Part shown: positions 25,477 to 39,845 of the stretch, piece by piece
Position numbering within the stretch: the first letter of the stretch is position 1
How the letters are laid out: each line of letters opens with the position of its first letter
Source of the DNA: Phyllobates terribilis
Taxonomy: Eukaryota
Assembly (NCBI RefSeq): GCF_046119375.1
Contig: NW_027362769.1
Span: forward strand, 360,406,001-360,470,000
Reading direction: 5' to 3'
Length of the DNA: 64,000 nucleotides
Position numbers and translations under genes: made by a program
The notes under the pieces: model-generated
Seen by the model: only the letters and a program-made list of their open reading frames with translations
The model's database searches: none
Told to the model about the DNA's origin: nothing

Positions 25477-26486
25477 TGTGTCACCCCAGGCCTGGATGCC
25501 ACAAACTTGTAAGGCTATGTCTGAGAGCAGGAGGCAGGTTCTCTTGTCATGGACCATTTGCATGCAGCACCTCCTGTCCCAGGCCAGTAGGGGGAGCAGG
25601 CTGCCCCTATAAAAACTGGTACTGAGGGCAGGGTTAGGGAGACCAGGACCCACTTCTGAAGCATCCAGAAGGGTTCCCCAGAAGAGACGGACAGGTCAGC
25701 CGCAGCGGAGGAGTCCAGGAGGCAAAGGAGGAACAGAAAGCCAGGGACAGAGGCGATGAGAGCCGGTGCTGGCAGAGAGAGACTACACAACCGGACACTG
25801 GGGTCCGAGGCTGTCAGGGTTGCAAGCCCTGCTGCAGATAACGAACCCGCAAGGGATTTCAGGTCCCTTGGCCAAGAAGCCTGGAGGCTCCACCACACAG
25901 AGGCACCGGTACAGCACGGAGAAGCTACAGGTACCTAAGGCCCGAGTCGCAAGCCATACAGGTGTAGTACACGGCAAGCTCAGGGACGTGGGCTATCATA
26001 CCACTAAAGGGGGAGATAGTCAGCAAGGGCAGAGAGAGAATGGTAGGCCTACCCACTCTCCCTGACCAGTGGAGCTTGCCCGAATGCCCTCAGACACCCA
26101 GGTCCATTCCTACACTGTACTCCTGGTGGGTCTGTGATAAGATCAGTAAAAGACCCTGGACTGCATTATTGGACTCTGTGTGGTTACTGCTGCGCCTGCA
26201 CCATCACCCCCAGGATCCTATTATACTGCCCTGAGGCTACACTCCTCCCTTGGGGAGTTGTACTATTCCCTGCTGCATCCCCAACACCAGCCTCAGTGGT
26301 CTGCCTTGCAGCGGCGGTCCTCCCTGACCTCAATCCACGGGTGGCGTAGTCGGACATTACCTAAAACATATAAAAGGACTGCCACTGGTCTGACCACCCT
26401 GAGCCACGGGACCGGGTCGCCACTATTACTCCCAGCATTGCCCTGAAGCCCGGTCCCGAGTGCCCCACGGCCCATGGGGCGAGTCA
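25477..26486 (+). mobile_element. Solo LTR (1010 bp) inserted in a hAT transposase fragment
   Basis: TGTGTCACCCC...GAGTCA with 4-bp TSD AGTT. Removal joins SLSQCSVQ-LSLPHSLE. Confidence 0.82.
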
Positions 26487-28452
26487 AGTTGTCCCTACCC
26501 CATTCCTTGGAATGCAAGCACAAGTATGCAGCCAGCCACCTACAGGCTGCAATACTATACTGCCAAATTTTTGACAGCTGCTTGCACTTGAAATGTGGCC
26601 TTTTAGGCTCGTGGAGGCGGATGCTTTTCATAACCTCATGCCGGCGGCAGCTGGGTGTCCATGCTTGGTCCCCAGCCACCACTATTTCTCCCGGTATCGT
26701 CTCCGCCTTCCACAAGTACGGGTCCCACAACATTACCCGTGCCCTCCCCAGTGCACTTACTGGTAAGGACTGCCTACCGACAAACACGTGGACAGGTGAA
26801 TGTGGCCAGGAACGGTACAGAGACAGTCCACATCTTTTTTTGCTGAGAATTGTATTTAGCTTGGTGAAAGTACTGGCATAGAGGGAATCCGTATCTACCC
26901 CGGCTGTCATTTCTCCGTCACCAGGTTCCGCCCATTGTCACACACGACCATGCCTGGCTGTATTTTCAGCGGTGAGAGCCACAGATCAGGCTGCTGTGTT
27001 ACAGCTTTCAACAACTCTGCATCGCTGGGCGGTTTGTCAATTAAGCATTAAGCATGTTATCTTCAGCACAGCCTGTTGCCGCTTGGCCAAGGCAGTGCTG
27101 CAGTGCTGTCAGCTTGTGACTGATGTGGTCATTTCGGAGATGGAGGAAGAGGTGCAGGAGCTGAACATTGTGATTACATTGAGGTTAAATTGGTGATGCT
27201 GTTTTTTATACTAAAGAAAGATCCTATTGTTTTGTTTTTTTACGTTATTTTTTAAGACAAATGCATTCACCGAGAAATGTCATTTTATCATTTTACAACC
27301 TTATCTGGCAATGTGTTGTGTGACACATCATCAGAAACATACTGTTTTATTTATGATGGAGGGACTCCGAAAGTCATAAAGCCTATTTTTATAGGGACAT
27401 CAGACCGCCCTTACTATTCTTAAAAGGCCAGCAGTTGGCCCTCGCTATTGTTAGAGAGCAGTCAGGTGGCTATGCGTTGTTGTTCCCATTATTACCAAGT
27501 GGGTCTCCTATACTGTTATTGCGTATCCAGTGACTGCAAGGGCTGCCAAAAATTTGGACGCAATCCAATACCCCTTTGAAGAGACATAGAGGAGGGTCTC
27601 AGTAAAAAAATGTTCCCATTATAAAGGAGCGGGTCTCCTATAGTGGTAATGCCCATGCTGTGACTGCAAGGGCTGCCAAAATTTGGGAAAAAACCCTCTA
27701 AGAATTTAAAGACACATAGAACAGGGCCACAGTAACGACACATTCCATTTAGAAAGGAGAGAGTCTGCTATACAGTTATAGGTTATGCAGTGAGTCCAAT
27801 GGCTGACAAATTGTAGGATAAACCCCACTAAGAATTTAAAGACACATAGAGCAGGGCCACAGTAACAAGGTACGACATGTATCCATAAGAAAGGAGAGGG
27901 TGTGCTATACAGTTATAGGGTATGCAGTGAGTCCAACGGCTGACCAATTTTAAGAAAAAACCCACTAAGAATTTAAAGACACATAGAGCAGGGCCAAAGT
28001 AATGACAAATTCTCATTAGAAAGGAGAGAGTCTCCCATAGTGTTGGCCTATGCAGTGAATGCAAGGGCTGCCAAAAATTTGGAGGCACTTCAATGCCCCT
28101 TGGAAGAGACGTGGAGGAGGGCCTCATAAAAAAAATGTTCCCTTTAAAATGAAGTGGGCCTCCTATACTTATAATGCCCATGCACTAACTGTATGAGCTG
28201 ACAAACATTTACCCCTGGGGGATACACATGAACATACTGTATACATTTTTTTTTTACGGGCATCATAAACACACTTTAAAAAAATTATGTGGGTGATGCA
28301 TCACGGACCACGGTCACCCTGGTGATATGGTGGTGGAGGATGAGGATGAAAAGAAGGACAAGAGCAAATAGCCAAAATCAGGAAGCGTATACCAATGTGT
28401 GGGAAAAGGTGCATGGGAATACACCTCTCAAGAAAAGACACTGGATTTGAGT

Positions 28453-30525
28453 TTATGTTACGCTGCTATCATTCGTTGGTGTAGAGTAGTCTTGCCCAAT
28501 CCATCCCTTGTTTATTTTTATAAGAGTCAACATGTCAGCATTTTCAGTTGACAGGCGGATGCACTTATCAGTTATAATTCCACCAGCGGCACTAAAAACC
28601 CACTCTGATAAAACGCTGGCGGCAGGGCAGGCCAGGACCTCCAAGGCATAGAGAGCCAGTTCATTCCACGTATCCAGCTTGGATACCCAATAATTATAAT
28701 GCACAGCGGAATCATGGAGGACGTTGGTACGGTCGGCAAGGTACTCCCTCAGCATCTTGCCAAACTTTGCACTCCTTGTGAGAGTACTCCGCACCTCAGG
28801 GCCTGTGCGATGGGAGGGTCTGAGGAAACTCTCCGAGAATTTTGACAGTGTTCCCTGGCCTCTGCTGGATTGGAGTTGTGTCTCTCTCGCCTGTACTCCT
28901 TCGTTGTCCAGCGAAATTTTTTTAATAGTTCCGCAACAAGTGCCTTCTGGTACTGCCCCATTTTTGTAGTCCTGTCCGCCTCAGGAATAAGAGATATAAA
29001 GTTCTCCTTGTAGCGTGGGTCTAGAAGTGTCACCAACCAGTAATGACTGTCACCCAAAATTTTGAGAACGCGAGGGTCATGGGAAAGGCAGCATAACATA
29101 AACTCAGTCATGTGTGCCAGACTACTAACAGGCAAGACTTCCATGTCCTCACCAAGAGGATGACTGACCATGCTCTCCTCCTCCTCCTCCTCCTCTCTGT
29201 CCTCTGGCCATCCACGCTGAACAGACGGTATTACAGCTGTGCAGGTAGTACCGTCAAGTGCATGAAACTAGCTCCTGTCCTTCCTCCTCCTCCTCTTCCT
29301 CATTGTCACCCAATCCATGTTGGGATGAGATGAGGCTTGGCTGTGTGTAATCACCCTTTATGGTTCCTTGCTCCATCTCATCGTGCTCTGCCTGCAATGC
29401 ATCCTCTTTGATTGTGAGCAGAGAGCGCTTCAGAAGACAGAGCAGCGGGATGGTGATGCCAATTATGGCGTCATCGCCGCTCACCATCTTGGTGGCGTCC
29501 TCAAAGTTTTGGAGAATTGTACATATGTCTGACATCCATGTCCACTCCTGAGGTCTTATGTGTGGAGTCTGTACTGAATACCGAAGGCCTTGTTGATGCT
29601 GGTACTCAACAACTGCACTCTTCTGCTCACAAATCCTTCCCAACATCTGCAGTGTAGAGTTACAATGCGTGGGGACATCACACACCAGTCTGTGAGCCGG
29701 AAGCTGCAAATCCTGCTGAAGCACGGCAAGGGCGGCGGAAGATGTAGCTGACTTTCTAAAATGGGAACACAGGCAGCATACTTTGACAAGGAGATCAGGT
29801 TGCTCAGGGTAGGATTTGAGAAAACGCTGAACCACGAGGTTAAGCACATGGGCCAGGCATGGTACGTGTGTGAGTTCGCCTCTCCTCAGATCCGCCACCA
29901 GGTTCTGCCAATCTTCACAAACGACCATGCCTGGCTGTAGGTACAGCGATGTGAGCTGCAGAACTGCCTGCTCTTTCAGAGCTGTCCACAACTCTTCAGA
30001 ATTGTGCGGTTTGTCACCTAAGCATATTAGCTTCAACACAGCCTGTTACCGCTTGGCCGAGGCAGTGCTGCAGTGCTTCCAGGTTGTGATTGTGACTGAT
30101 GTGGTAATTTCGGAGATGGAGGCTGAGGTGCATTAGCTGTAGACTGTGGGGGCAACCCTGAATAATCTAGGACCCGCGATCCTTGGCGTCGGGAGGACTT
30201 GTTCCGTCCCAAGGTCTGACTGGGTCCCGGCTTCCACTATGTAAACCCAGTGTGCTGTCAGCGAGATGTACCGTCCCTGCCCACATGCCCTTGTCCACGA
30301 TTCCGTGGTTAGGTGGACTTTCCTGGTAACTGCGTTGTTGAGGGCACGGCTAATGTTTTGGGACACGTGCTTGTGTAATGCGGGGACGGCACACCAGGAG
30401 AAATAGTGGCGGATGGAGACCGAGTACCGAGGAACGGCCGCTGCCATCAGGTTGAAGAATGCTTCCGTCTCAACCAGCCTAAAAGACAACATTTCTAGCT
30501 CAAGCAGTCGCGAAATGTGGGACAT
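28453..30525 (-). pseudogene. hAT transposase pseudogene (N-terminally truncated, multiple frameshifts)
   Basis: LEMLSFRLVETEAFFNLM...GQGRYISLTAHWV; PCLAHVLNLVVQRFLK; YWVSKLDTWNELALYALEVLACPAASVLSEWVFSAAGGIITDK. Confidence 0.9.
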
Positions 30526-32535
30526 TACACAAGCACGTGTCCCAAAACATTTGCCGGGCCCTAAACAACGTAGTTACCGGGAAAGTCCACCTAACCACGG
30601 ACACGTGGACAAGTGCTTGTGGGCAGGGACGGTACATCTCGCTGACGGCACACTGAATTAACATAGTGGAAGTCGTGAACCAGTCGGACCTTCGAACAGA
30701 GCACGTCCTTCCAACGCCAAGGATTGCGGGCCCTAAGTCAATCAGAGTTGCCCCCACAGTCTACAGCTCCTGCACCTCATCCTCCTCAGCCTCCTCCTCC
30801 TCTTCATCCTCCATCTTCGAAATGACCACATCAGTCACAAGCTGGAAGCACTGCAGAACTGCCTCGGCCAAGCGACAACAGGCTGTGCTGAAGCCAATAT
30901 GCTTAGGTGACAAACCGCACAATGCTGAAGAGTTGCGGACAGCTCTGAAAAGCAGGCAGATCAGTGGCTCACACCGCTGAACCTACAGCCAGGCATGGTC
31001 GTGTATGAAATTGTCCGTAACCTAGTGACGGCTCAAACACATATCCTGCCTGGCCCATGTGCTTAACCTCGTGGTTCAGCAGTTTCTCAAATCCTACCTG
31101 GAGCTGCCGGATCTGCTTGCTAAAGTATGCCACCTGTGTATCCATTTTAGAAAGTCACCTACAGCTTCCACCGCCCTTGCCGTGCTTCAGCAGTGTTTGC
31201 AACTTCTGGCTCACAGACTGGTGTGTGATGTCCCCACGCATTGTAACTCTACACTGCAGATGTTGGGAAGGATTTGTGAGCAGAAGAGGGCATTTTTTAA
31301 GTACAAGCATCATCAAGGCCGTCGGTATGAAGTTCAGACTCCACACATAAGACCTCAGGAGTGGACACGGATGTCAGACATATGTACCGTCTTCCAAAAC
31401 TTTGAGGACTCCACCAAGGTGGTGAGCGGCGATGACGCCATAATTACCGTCACCATCCCGCTTTCTGTCTTCTCTCACAATCAGAGAGGATGCATTGCAG
31501 GCGGAGCACGATGAGATGGATCAAGGAACCATATAGGGTGATTATACACAGCCCAGCCTCATCTCATCCCAACGTGGATTGGGTGACAATGAGGGAGAGG
31601 AGGAGGAGGAGGTAGAACTGGAGCTAGTTTTATGCACTATAGATGGTACTACCAACACAACTGTCATACCGTCTGTTCAGCGTGGATGGCCTGAGGACAG
31701 AGAGGAGGAGGAGGATAGCTTGGTCAATTGTCGTCTTGGAGAGCACATGGAAGTCTTGCCTGTTATCAGAATGGCACACATGGCTGAGTTTATGTTACGC
31801 TGCCTTTCCCGTGACCCTCAGGTTCTCAAAATTTTGGGTGACAGTCATTACTGGTTGGTGACACTGCTAGACCCACACTACAAGGAGAACTTTATATCTC
31901 TTATTCCTGACGCGGACAGGTCTACTAAAATGGGGCTGTACCAGAAGGCCCTTGTTGCGGAGCTATTTCAAAAATTCCCATCTGAAACCGCTGGCGGCAG
32001 AGGTCACAGTTTGTTGGACAACCAAGGAATACAGGCGAGAGAGACAAAACTTCAATCCAGCAGAGGCCAGGGAACACTGTCAAAGTTCTGAGAGAATTTT
32101 CACAGCCCCTCTCATCGCACAGGCCCTGAGGCGTGGGGTACTCTCACAAGGAGTGCAAAGTTTGGCCAGATGCTGAGGGAGTACCTTGCCAACCGTACCA
32201 ACGTCCTCCGTGATTCCTCTGTGCCTTATAATTATTGGGTATTCAAGCTGGATACGTGGAATGAACTGTCTCTCTATGCCTTGGAGGTCCTGGGCTACCT
32301 TGCCGCTAGCGTTTTATCAGAGCGGGTTTTTAGTGCCGCTGGTGGAATTATAACTGATAAGTGCATCCGCCTGTTAACTTAAAATGCTGCTGCTTTGTCT
32401 CAGCGGGTTTTTAGTGCCGCCGGTGGAATTATAACCGAAACTGAAAATGTTGACATGCTGACTCTTATAGAAATGAACATGGGCTGGATTGGGCCCGACT
32501 TCTCAACAACACCAGATGATAGCAGCGTAACATAA
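30523..32535 (+). pseudogene. Second hAT transposase pseudogene, inverted relative to 28453-30525
   Basis: Same motifs on the plus strand (ORFs 31059, 31579, 32170), with a small internal duplication at ~32320-32440. Confidence 0.9.
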
Positions 32536-32702
32536 AATCAAATCCAGTGTCTTTTTTGGGAATTGTATTCCCATGCACCTTTTCACACCCACACATGGGT
32601 ATATGCTTCCTGATTTTGGCTATTTGCTCTTGTCCTCCTCCTTCTCCTCATCCTCATCCTTCACAACCATATCACCAGGGAGACCGTGGTCCGTTATGCA
32701 AC

Positions 32703-33875
32703 TATTGCGCCCCTGAGGGTTCAGTCGCCACAGGGGTACTGCACCTCAGTAGAGGTGTGGCATCTCCTCTTCCAGGTAAGGATGGAGCACTTCTCAGGAC
32801 CCTACTTCACCATTCAACACTACACCACTCCTGTCCTGAGGAGGGCTTTAAGGCACCAGGGTGCTGACCCAGCCGGGATAGAGGAGATGAGGGGTACCAA
32901 AGATAGGGGGAACCATGTAGTGGGTGAAGGTGGAGGACACACTTTTAGGATGCACTAATGGCATCATATATAATCTTCAGCCATCTTAAGTTCAAGGTCT
33001 TTGATTGTGATCTTCATCACTGAACGTGGCTTTCTGTTAGAACCTGCAGCTGATTGGAGATACACGGTCCTCATGCTCTGGCCTTGAGACGAGGAGCGGG
33101 CTAGAGTTAACCGCTGTCTCTACCCGGTCAATGTCCCTACTTAAGAAGGCCTGGAGGGGAGCGGAGGAGACAAGCTCCACAGGCAAAAGGATCCCAGGGG
33201 GATGTGGGCGGAGCGGCATACGCCACCTGCTACCTTCATTCTGGCCTAGTCAGAGGGACTCCTGCTGCAAGAGGGGTGACCGGCCCCCGATATCTGACTG
33301 TGTACTTCACGTCACTTTTGGAAAATCCTGGCTGCTTAGTGGATCCCGGAGGGGGACACAAGCGGGAGGAGTAGGAGAAAGTGAGGGAGAAGGAGAGGAA
33401 CACACCAACGGGGTCTTGACAGGTGCTCTTGATCTATCTGGAAAGTGCTGGACCCCCTTCCTGGTGGCCGCAGCACGCCGCGAGGAGCAGAGGGAAGCTT
33501 TGCGGCTAAAGTTCATCTTAATGTGAGTAAAAACCCTGGATGACTTCACACCCCGCTTCAGCCTGTTATTTACTGTGCGGCACTACACCCACCATTCCTT
33601 CCTCACACTGCCCTGAGGCTCGCTCCGCCTGCGGGGAGCCGTCCCATCTTAGCTGTCTGTAACACCGGCCTCAGTGGACTGAAACAGCGCTGGTGTCCAT
33701 CACCGGAAACCGCAGTTGGCGTAGTTTAAATACCACTCAACCCTGAAAGACCATTACATCTTTTATGTGACCGCCCTGGGCACGGAACGGGACTAGGCCA
33801 CGACTGCATCCCCCCCAACATCTGACCCGGCTCCGAGTAATCCCACTTCCCAGGGTGAGGGCTGTGAGCGTCACA
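32703..33875 (+). mobile_element. Solo LTR (1173 bp)
   Basis: TATTGCGCCCC (degenerate TGTGGCGCCCC)...GCGTCACA with imperfect 4-bp TSD CAAC/AAAC. Absent from the mirrored fold-back half at ~28295. Confidence 0.78.
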
Positions 33876-35875
33876 AAACACCCACATAATTTTTGTTAAA
33901 GGGTGTTTATGATGCCCGTAAATAGAAATTTATACAGTATGTTCATGTTTACCCCCCAGGGGTAAATGTTTGTCAGCCCATACACTTAGTTCATGGGCAT
34001 TACAAGTATAAGAGACTAGCTCCTTTCTAATGGGAACATTTTTTTTTATGAGGCCCTCCTCCACGTCTCCTTCCAAAGGCATTGGATTTCCTCCAAATTT
34101 TTGGAAACTCTTGCATTTACTGCATAGGCAAATACAATGGGAGACCCACTTCCTAATAATGGGAACATTGTTTTCAGGAGGCCCTCCTCTACATCTCTAC
34201 CAAGGGGCATTGGAGTAGGTCCAAATTTTTGGCAGCCCTTGCTTTCACTGCATAGGCAAACAGTATGGGAGACCCACTTCCTAATAATGGGAATATTGTT
34301 TTCAGGAGGCCCTCCTCTAAGTCTCTTCAAAGGGGTATTGGGGTGCGTCCAAATTTTCAATGGGGTATTGGGGTGCGTCCACATTTTGGGCAGCCCTGCC
34401 ACTCACTGCATATGCAATAACAGTTTAGGAGACCCACTCTTTAGAAATGGGAACAGCAAAGCATAGCCGGCTGATGGCTCTCTAAGAATAGTGAGGGCCG
34501 ACTGCTGGCCCTTTAAGAATAGTAAAGGTCCACTGATGGCCCTATAAAAATAGGCTTTATGACTTTCAGAGTCCCCCTCCTTCATAAATGAAACAGGGTG
34601 TGTCTGATCATGTCTCACACACCACATGGCCAGATAAGGTTGTAAAATGTTAAAATGACATTTCCCGATGAATGCATTTGTCATGGTTGAAAGCAATGCA
34701 AAAGTGCAAAAACGCATGAAAAACTCTACGTGTGATCATAGCCCAAGGTGTGGAGAAGTATTTTTGGTTTTGGTTATTTATTTTGCCTTGTATACAAGTC
34801 ATTACCCTGGAAAGGATGTTCCTTAACATATTTCCCAGGAAAATCCATTTTGGTTTAGTTTTTGTATGTTTTATTGTGAGTCCGTAAAAGTTGCGTAATA
34901 CTTCTGACAACGTTGTTGACAGCAGTGACCTGGGAGTCCGAAATGCTGTTCCCATACCATTTGAACACTGTTCCGATCGATGTGGGCAATTTTTAGGCCC
35001 TCTGTAGACTGCCGGGGGGAGCCGCCTGAAAAATGCTCGAGTTTCCCATAGACTTACATTGTGCTCGTTGCTCGGGTCGAGCACCCGAGTATTCCAATGT
35101 GCTCGACCCGAGCAGCAAGCAGCCGAGCATTTTAGTCCTACCCCATCAGTAGTGAGCTGTTATTAATAGGCTGGGAAGATCCATGGATAGTGACCCCATC
35201 CCGGCATAATAACACCAGACCCCAGCTGTCTGCTTTCCCTAAGCTGATTAAGAAAAATGAGGGGGACACCACGCCATTTTTTCTTTCTTTACTATGTAAA
35301 TACATGTACAGTAAGCTACACACGTACTGCGCTAATTATATATCTCACTGACATCTTTCTATCTATTCTATGCATATATCTATTCTATCTATTCTATTCT
35401 GACGGGTCACACTGTGCATATACACTCATGGTCTGTGTGACGATTTTTTTCTCGCACCCATTGCTTTGCATTGCTGACTCTCGTCCGATATAAGCGGCCA
35501 CTCGCAGCAAGCAAGGATGAGCACATTATTGCAAGAAGGTGACCAGGATGGGGCATTACTACAAGAAGGTTGTACTATCCATTGCGGGCGCCCTCACATA
35601 GTTCCCCTGCACTCTTCATGAGGGACACTGACAAACTCACTACCCTGGTCATGGTAGCATCCTCACGCTCCTCTCCCCACTTCTCCTGAGCACACTACAC
35701 TGCTCCCATGCTCTTAAAGGGGCAGCGTGCGCACCTGCAAAGATTCCCCCAGCCAACAGTTCAGAGGCATCTTGTATAAAAGGCACTCTCCCCAATAAGG
35801 AGGTGCCTGAGCAACCCCTACAGTTACTTTGTGTTTGTTGTGTTCAACTGTATGTTGACGGATATATACTGTACA

Positions 35876-37158
35876 CATAGCTCCCAACCGTCCTGTTTTC
35901 GGCGGGACTGTCCCGCTTTGAGGGCTCAGTCCCGCATCCCGTCACGGCTCAGCTGTTCTCCCGGCTGTGGAGGGTGGTGTTGCAGTGGTGGAGCAGCGGG
36001 CACAGGTAGTAGACAGCAGCCACAACTACCACGTGTGCCCCCTGCTAAACATAATGAATATTCATTCTTCTCCATGCCCATGGGAGTGGAGAGGAGTGAA
36101 TATTCATTCTCTTTAGTAGCGGTAACAGAGGATCGCGGAGTCGCAGTGGGAGCTGCGCTCGTGCTGAAAGTGCGCACTATTAAGGAGAGTGACTATTCAC
36201 TCCTGTCCACGCCCATAGTCCCAGCGTGGAGAGGAGTGAATATCCCCGCAACTCACCTTGGCATCTAATAGAGCATGGCAGTGATGTCATGCGCTGATCA
36301 GATACTGAGATCAGCTACTGACACACAGGACACAGCGCTGGAGCAGAGGGGAGGAAGGAAGGAGCGTAGAAGCGTTTATTTTTTTCATGTGTGCAGTGAT
36401 GGGGGGCCATGCACACTAGGATTGTGGGGCCATACATACCAGGATAGGGGATGAGGTGACCATGCATACCAGGAATGGGGATGAGGGGGCCATGCACACA
36501 AGGATTGGGGATGAGGGGGCCATGCATACCAGGATTGGGGATGAAGGGGCCATGCATACCAGGATTGAGGAAGAGGGGTCCACGCACACCAGGATTGGGG
36601 AGGAGGGGGTAATGCATACCAGGATTGGGGAGGAGGGGGCCATGCATACCAGGATGGGAAGGAGGGGACTATGCATACCAGGATTGGGGATAAGGGGGCC
36701 ATGTATACCAAAATTGGGGAGGAGGGGGCCATGCATAGAAGGATTGGGGAGGAGGGGGCCATGCATACCAGGATTGGGGAGGAGGGGGCCATGCATACAA
36801 GGATTGGGGAGGAGGGGGCCATGCAAACCAGGATTGGGAGGAGGGGGCCATGCATACCAGGATGGTTGTGATGGTGCCATGCATGCCATGAATGGGGATG
36901 AGTGGGCCATGTATACCAGGATGGGGATGAGTGGGCCAAGCATACCAGGATTGGGAGGAGGGGGCCATGCATACCAGGATTGGAGTGGAGGGGGCCATGT
37001 ATACCAGGAATGGGGATCAGTGGGCCATCCATACCAGGAATGGGGATGAGGGCCGTCTGCTGAATGCCCCTCATTACCAGCTCCCCTTTGACAACTCCTC
37101 CTGCCAGGGGAGAAAGAAATCGGTAAATGGGCGTGTATTGGTGTGTAGCCAAAATTTG
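35876..37158. mobile_element. Truncated CATA-type hAT non-autonomous element carrying a 30-bp array
   Basis: Terminus CATAGCTCCCAACCGTCC...CGGGACTGTCCCG; the opposite TIR is not found. Confidence 0.55.
36405..37055 (+). repeat. 30-bp G-rich minisatellite (GGGGGCCATGCATACCAGGATTGGGGAGGA)n
   Basis: About 21 units by inspection; mirrored at ~52300-52875. Confidence 0.9.
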
Positions 37159-39080
37159 CCTGCTCTTTATACTGTAAATGCTGCTCTATATACTGTATAT
37201 ACTGCTCTATATACTGTATATACTGCTCTATATACTGTACACACTGATCTATACACTGTATATACTGCTCTATATACTGTACACACTCTCTACATACTGT
37301 ACACATTGCTCTATATACTGTCTGTACACACTGAACTATATACTGTAAAGACTGTTCTATATACTGTACATACTGCTCTATAGACTGTACAGACTTCTCT
37401 ATATACTGTACACACTGCTCTATACACTGTATACACTGCTCTATACACTGTTCTATATACTGTACACACTGAACTATAAACTGTACACACTGCTCTATAT
37501 ACTGTACACACTGAACTACAGTATATACTGTACAGACTGCTCTATATACTGTACAGACTGCTCTATATACTGTACACTCTGCTCTATATACTGTACAGAC
37601 TGCTCTATATACTGTACAGACTGCTGTTTATATTGTACAGGCTGCTCTATATACTGTACAGGCTGCTCTATATACTGTACACACTGCTCTATATACTGTA
37701 CAGACTGTTCTATATACTGTACACACTGAACTATATACTGTACAGACTGCTCTATATACTGTACATACTGCTCTATAGACTGTACAGACTTCTCTATATA
37801 CTGTACACACTGCTCTATACACTGTATACACTGCTCTATACACTGTTCTACATACTGTACACACTGAACTATATACTGTACACACTGCTCTATATATTGT
37901 ACACACTGAACTACAGTATATACTGTACAGACTGCTCTATATACTGTACAGACTGCTCTATATACTGTACACTCTGCTCTATATACTGTACAGACTGCTG
38001 TTTATATTGTACAGGCTGCTCTATATACTGTACATACTGCTCTATATACTGTACAGGCTGCTCTATATAATGTACAGGCTGCTCTATATACTGTACACAC
38101 TGCTCTATATACTGTACACACTGCTCTATATACTGTACAGGCTGCTCTATATACTGTACACGCTGCTCTATATACTGTACATACTGCTCTATATACTGTA
38201 CAGGCTGCTCTATATACTGTACATGCTGCTCTATATACTGTACACGCTGCTCTATATACTGTACACACTGCTCTATATAATGTACAGGCTGCTCTATATA
38301 CTGTACACACTGCTCTATATACTGTACATACTGCTCTATATACTGTACATACTGCTCTATATACTGTACAGGCTGCTCTATATACTGTACATGCTGCTCT
38401 ATATACTGTACACGCTGCTCTATATACTGTACACACTGCTCTATATACTGTACAGGCTGCTCTATATACTGTACACGCTGCTCTATATACTGTACAGGCT
38501 GCTCTATATACTGTACACACTGCTCTATATACTGTACACACTGCTCTATATATTGTACAGGCTGCTCTATATACTGTACACACTGCTCTATATACTGTAC
38601 ACACTGCTCTATATATTGTACAGGCTGCTCTATATACTGTACACACTGAACTACAGTATATACTGTACACACTGCTCTATATACTATACACTCTGCTCTA
38701 TATACTGTACAGGCTGCTCTATATACTGTACACGCTGCTCTATATACTGTACAGGCTGCTCTATATACTGTACACACTGCTCTATATAATGTACAGGCTG
38801 CTCTATATACTGTACACACTGCTCTATATACTGTACATGCTGCTCTATATACTATACACACTGCTCTATATACTATACACACTGCTCTATATACTGTACA
38901 CACTGCTCTATATACTGTACAGACTGCTCTATATACTGTACAGACTGCTGTTTATATTGTACAGGCTGCTCTATATACTGTACACACTGCTCTATATACT
39001 GTACAGACTGTTCTATATACTGTACACACTGAACTATATACTGTACAGACTGCTCTATATATATTGTACACGTTGCTCTA
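37159..39080 (-). repeat. 21-bp satellite, left-arm copy (~1.9 kb) upstream of H1
   Basis: Reverse complement of the unit at 1-1850; includes a ~380-bp internal duplication. Confidence 0.95.
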
Positions 39081-39749
39081 TTATCTGGGACATCTATAAG
39101 GCTGCTGATCTGGGCTGTACAGATGTTGTGTTAGGGATGAGTCGCATTGTGAAGCTGGCGCCTTATCAGAGCTCTTCCCTCCATTACCAGCCGCAGGGTC
39201 ACAGCTTCACACAGGGTCAGACACGATATTACACAAGTGATTGCAATCAGCCCCCTATGTGGATCATCTACTGATGTGGATACGTGTTCACCCCCCAATA
39301 CTCTGCACATTCGGGGTGTACTTATATTACAGGTCAGGGAGGTGGCAGTCAGCGGAGGCCATCGCCTGTGTTACCCTTCTGGGGTCTCAGCAGCTCCAGG
39401 TCGTCCCCACATCGTACAATCCGCTTCCTGTACGATGGATATTGTAGTAAAGATCCCTGTGATGGTGACAAGAGCCGGGAATAGGAGGAACGAGCTCCCG
39501 CAGCAGTTTTATCTCCCCGGATACACAGTGATGCGCAGATCGGGAGGACAACGCCGATGATCCCGGGACCTCCTCTCGGCTCTTTCCCGGCATCTCTGCT
39601 GGTGACGGCTACAAACGGTCAGTGGAGATGATGGAGAAGAGGAAGCGACGGAGAAAGCGCGCTCTGCTGTCCGGTGTTAGACGGTAAGGGGCTTTTATCC
39701 CGGGCAGGGAAGCACAAGGGGAGAGCGGCGCTTCACTCGGGCTCAGCAG

Positions 39750-39845
39750 GGAGGAGGCGGGGCCTGTGCTCAGTGTCAGCCAATAGATGCTCAGGACGAT
39801 GCTGCTCAGCAGCCAATCAGTGCGCAGTAAGCCTGTACATATAAC
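39750..39845 (+). promoter_or_regulatory. H1 proximal promoter
   Basis: GC box GAGGCGGGG at 39754-39762, CCAAT at 39780 and 39813, TATA-like CATATAA at 39838-39844. Confidence 0.75.

Larger units (their letters stand above)
24725..35151. mobile_element. Fold-back / head-to-head composite of degenerate hAT (ZBED-like transposase) copies, left-arm copy
   Basis: The same terminus in inverted orientation at both ends (24725-25290 versus 34600-35151). Segments 27250-30380 and 30523-34690 are inverted copies, about 90% identical by eye. No TSD. Confidence 0.75.

Noticed and set aside
28453-32535. Domesticated ZBED-like host gene
   Set aside because: All four transposase copies are N-terminally truncated with many frameshifts and stops, and no BED finger is seen.
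36315-37306. Pro/Gly/His-rich repeat ORFs (also 52391-52961) and repeat ORFs at 18818-19733
   Set aside because: These are translations of the 30-bp and 43-bp minisatellites inside transposon fragments.
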